DNA of 45,121 bases from an uncultured bacterium. Lineage in GTDB: Bacteria > Hydrothermota > UBA3072. Shown here piece by piece: positions 44,771 to 45,121 of this stretch; the first letter of the stretch is position 1, and the number at the start of each line of letters is the position of its first letter. Below the pieces are notes generated by a model. The model ran no database searches. It was not told where the DNA came from and saw nothing but the letters and a program-made list of their open reading frames with translations. A program made the translations under genes and the position numbers. Location of the stretch: positions 1 through 45,121 of the forward strand of contig CAYYUB010000001.1 in NCBI GenBank assembly GCA_964474855.1. The letters are read 5' to 3'.

Positions 44771-44975
44771 CGCGGTCAATTTTCCCACCGAGGTTTCGTT
44801 CAGGGGTGTTACTACGAAAAACCGAAATCAATTTCCCCGACGGTTTATTTCGCAAAGAGTGTTGTCCGAGAAAGACGTGGTCAATTTCCCCTGCGGGTGT
44901 TGTTCAGGTATACCTTTCTAAAAAACCGCAGTCAGTTTCCCCTGCGAGGAAACTGCTGCTTGCTCTCGACCTCGC
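44771..44975. repeat. Four degenerate tandem units of about 52 bp (two ~105-bp super-units) with conserved core TCA(A/G)TTTCCCC
   Basis: Cores at 44776, 44828, 44881 and 44932, giving spacings of 52, 53 and 51 bp. Units 1 and 3 share GGTCAATTT..CCC...GTTCAGG. Units 2 and 4 share AAAAACCG.A.TCA.TTTCCCC. Confidence 0.6.
44920..44959 (-). terminator. Minus-strand intrinsic-terminator-like hairpin, coincident with repeat unit 4
   Basis: On the minus strand, GCAGCAGTTTCC-TCGCAGG-GGAAACTGACTGC forms 12 bp with one bulge, followed by GGTTTTTT (plus-strand A6 at 44920-44925). Confidence 0.45.
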
Positions 44976-45014
44976 TCCTTTTGACTTCGTCAAAAGTCCA
45001 TGCCCTCTCAGTCT

Positions 45015-45079
45015 CCTCGCCCGGTGGAATAGCTGCTCAATACAGGGCAGCTGCTATTCCACCAGGCGAGACATTTTTT
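45015..45079 (+). other. Long GC-rich hairpin followed by a T6 run (structured RNA element or plus-strand terminator)
   Basis: CTCGCC/GGCGAG plus GGTGGAATAGC/GCTATTCCACC give at least 17 bp, and an alternative register adds AGCTGC/GCAGCT. TTTTTT at 45074-45079. A separate 8-bp hairpin, CTTTTGAC-TTC-GTCAAAAG, lies at 44978-44996. Confidence 0.45.
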
Positions 45080-45121
45080 ATGAAAGGCATCCCTGAACTT
45101 TTAAGATTTAAAGAGAAAAAA

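Noticed and set aside
44944-44960. GAGGAAAC resembling the RNase P RNA CR-I motif (GAGGAAAGUCC)
   Set aside because: Only a partial match. None of the other conserved RNase P blocks are present and the surrounding helices do not fit. SRP, tmRNA and 6S signatures were also not seen.
44771-44975. Possible CRISPR array (four repeats with ~52-bp period)
   Set aside because: The repeat cores are only about 11 nt exact and the surrounding ~24 nt are roughly 70-80% similar at best. The period is too short for normal repeat-plus-spacer units. Alternate units resemble each other, giving a 105-bp super-repeat. No cas genes are present. A degenerate tandem or REP-like repeat is a better description.
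44719-45096. 125-aa ORF on the plus strand
   Set aside because: It has no SD and an R/S/P/C-rich low-complexity translation. It spans tandem repeats and three strong hairpins directly after an intrinsic terminator. It is open only because the segment is relatively GC-rich.

Overview
The window is a dense carbohydrate-utilisation region from a Gram-negative bacterium with about 40% G+C. The lineage is probably an uncultivated, non-Bacteroidia member of the Fibrobacteres-Chlorobi-Bacteroidetes (FCB) superphylum. Three proteins end in type IX secretion (T9SS) C-terminal sorting domains, a PorV/PorQ-like barrel is present, and almost every gene has a strong AGGAGG-type Shine-Dalgarno site. Left arm (1-22646, all minus strand): nine secreted exo-glycosidases, GH39 (cut by the window edge), GH42, GH3-PA14, GH31, GH97, GH3-PA14, GH95, and two T9SS-tagged multidomain GH43 enzymes. 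This enzyme set resembles a xyloglucan or hemicellulose side-chain stripping kit. Centre (22832-24261): a decayed IS1202/ISNCY-like insertion sequence flanked by a 16-17 bp direct repeat, with its transposase broken by two frame disruptions. It sits in the divergent control region between the two arms. Right arm (24758-44633, all plus strand) is a xylan/xylo-oligosaccharide locus. It encodes a 1135-aa TonB-dependent receptor, a 780-aa orphan secreted protein with a T9SS-type tail in the position normally held by SusD, and a PorV/PorQ-like outer-membrane barrel. These are followed by two tandem GPH symporters, a secreted GH10, a GH43 beta-xylosidase, a cytoplasmic GH10, an atypical PfkB kinase, a cytoplasmic GH3 and a divergent GH116-like enzyme. 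The most interesting candidate is the TonB receptor / CTD-tagged unknown protein / PorV-like trio, which may be a SusD-independent, T9SS-coupled glycan capture and import module. Other unexplained signals are a CACAGAG-core intergenic repeat family and a structured, repeat-bearing non-coding tail at 44.7-45.1 kb. I saw no regulator, rRNA, tRNA or bona fide CRISPR array. All family calls rest on motif recognition by eye and not on database searches.
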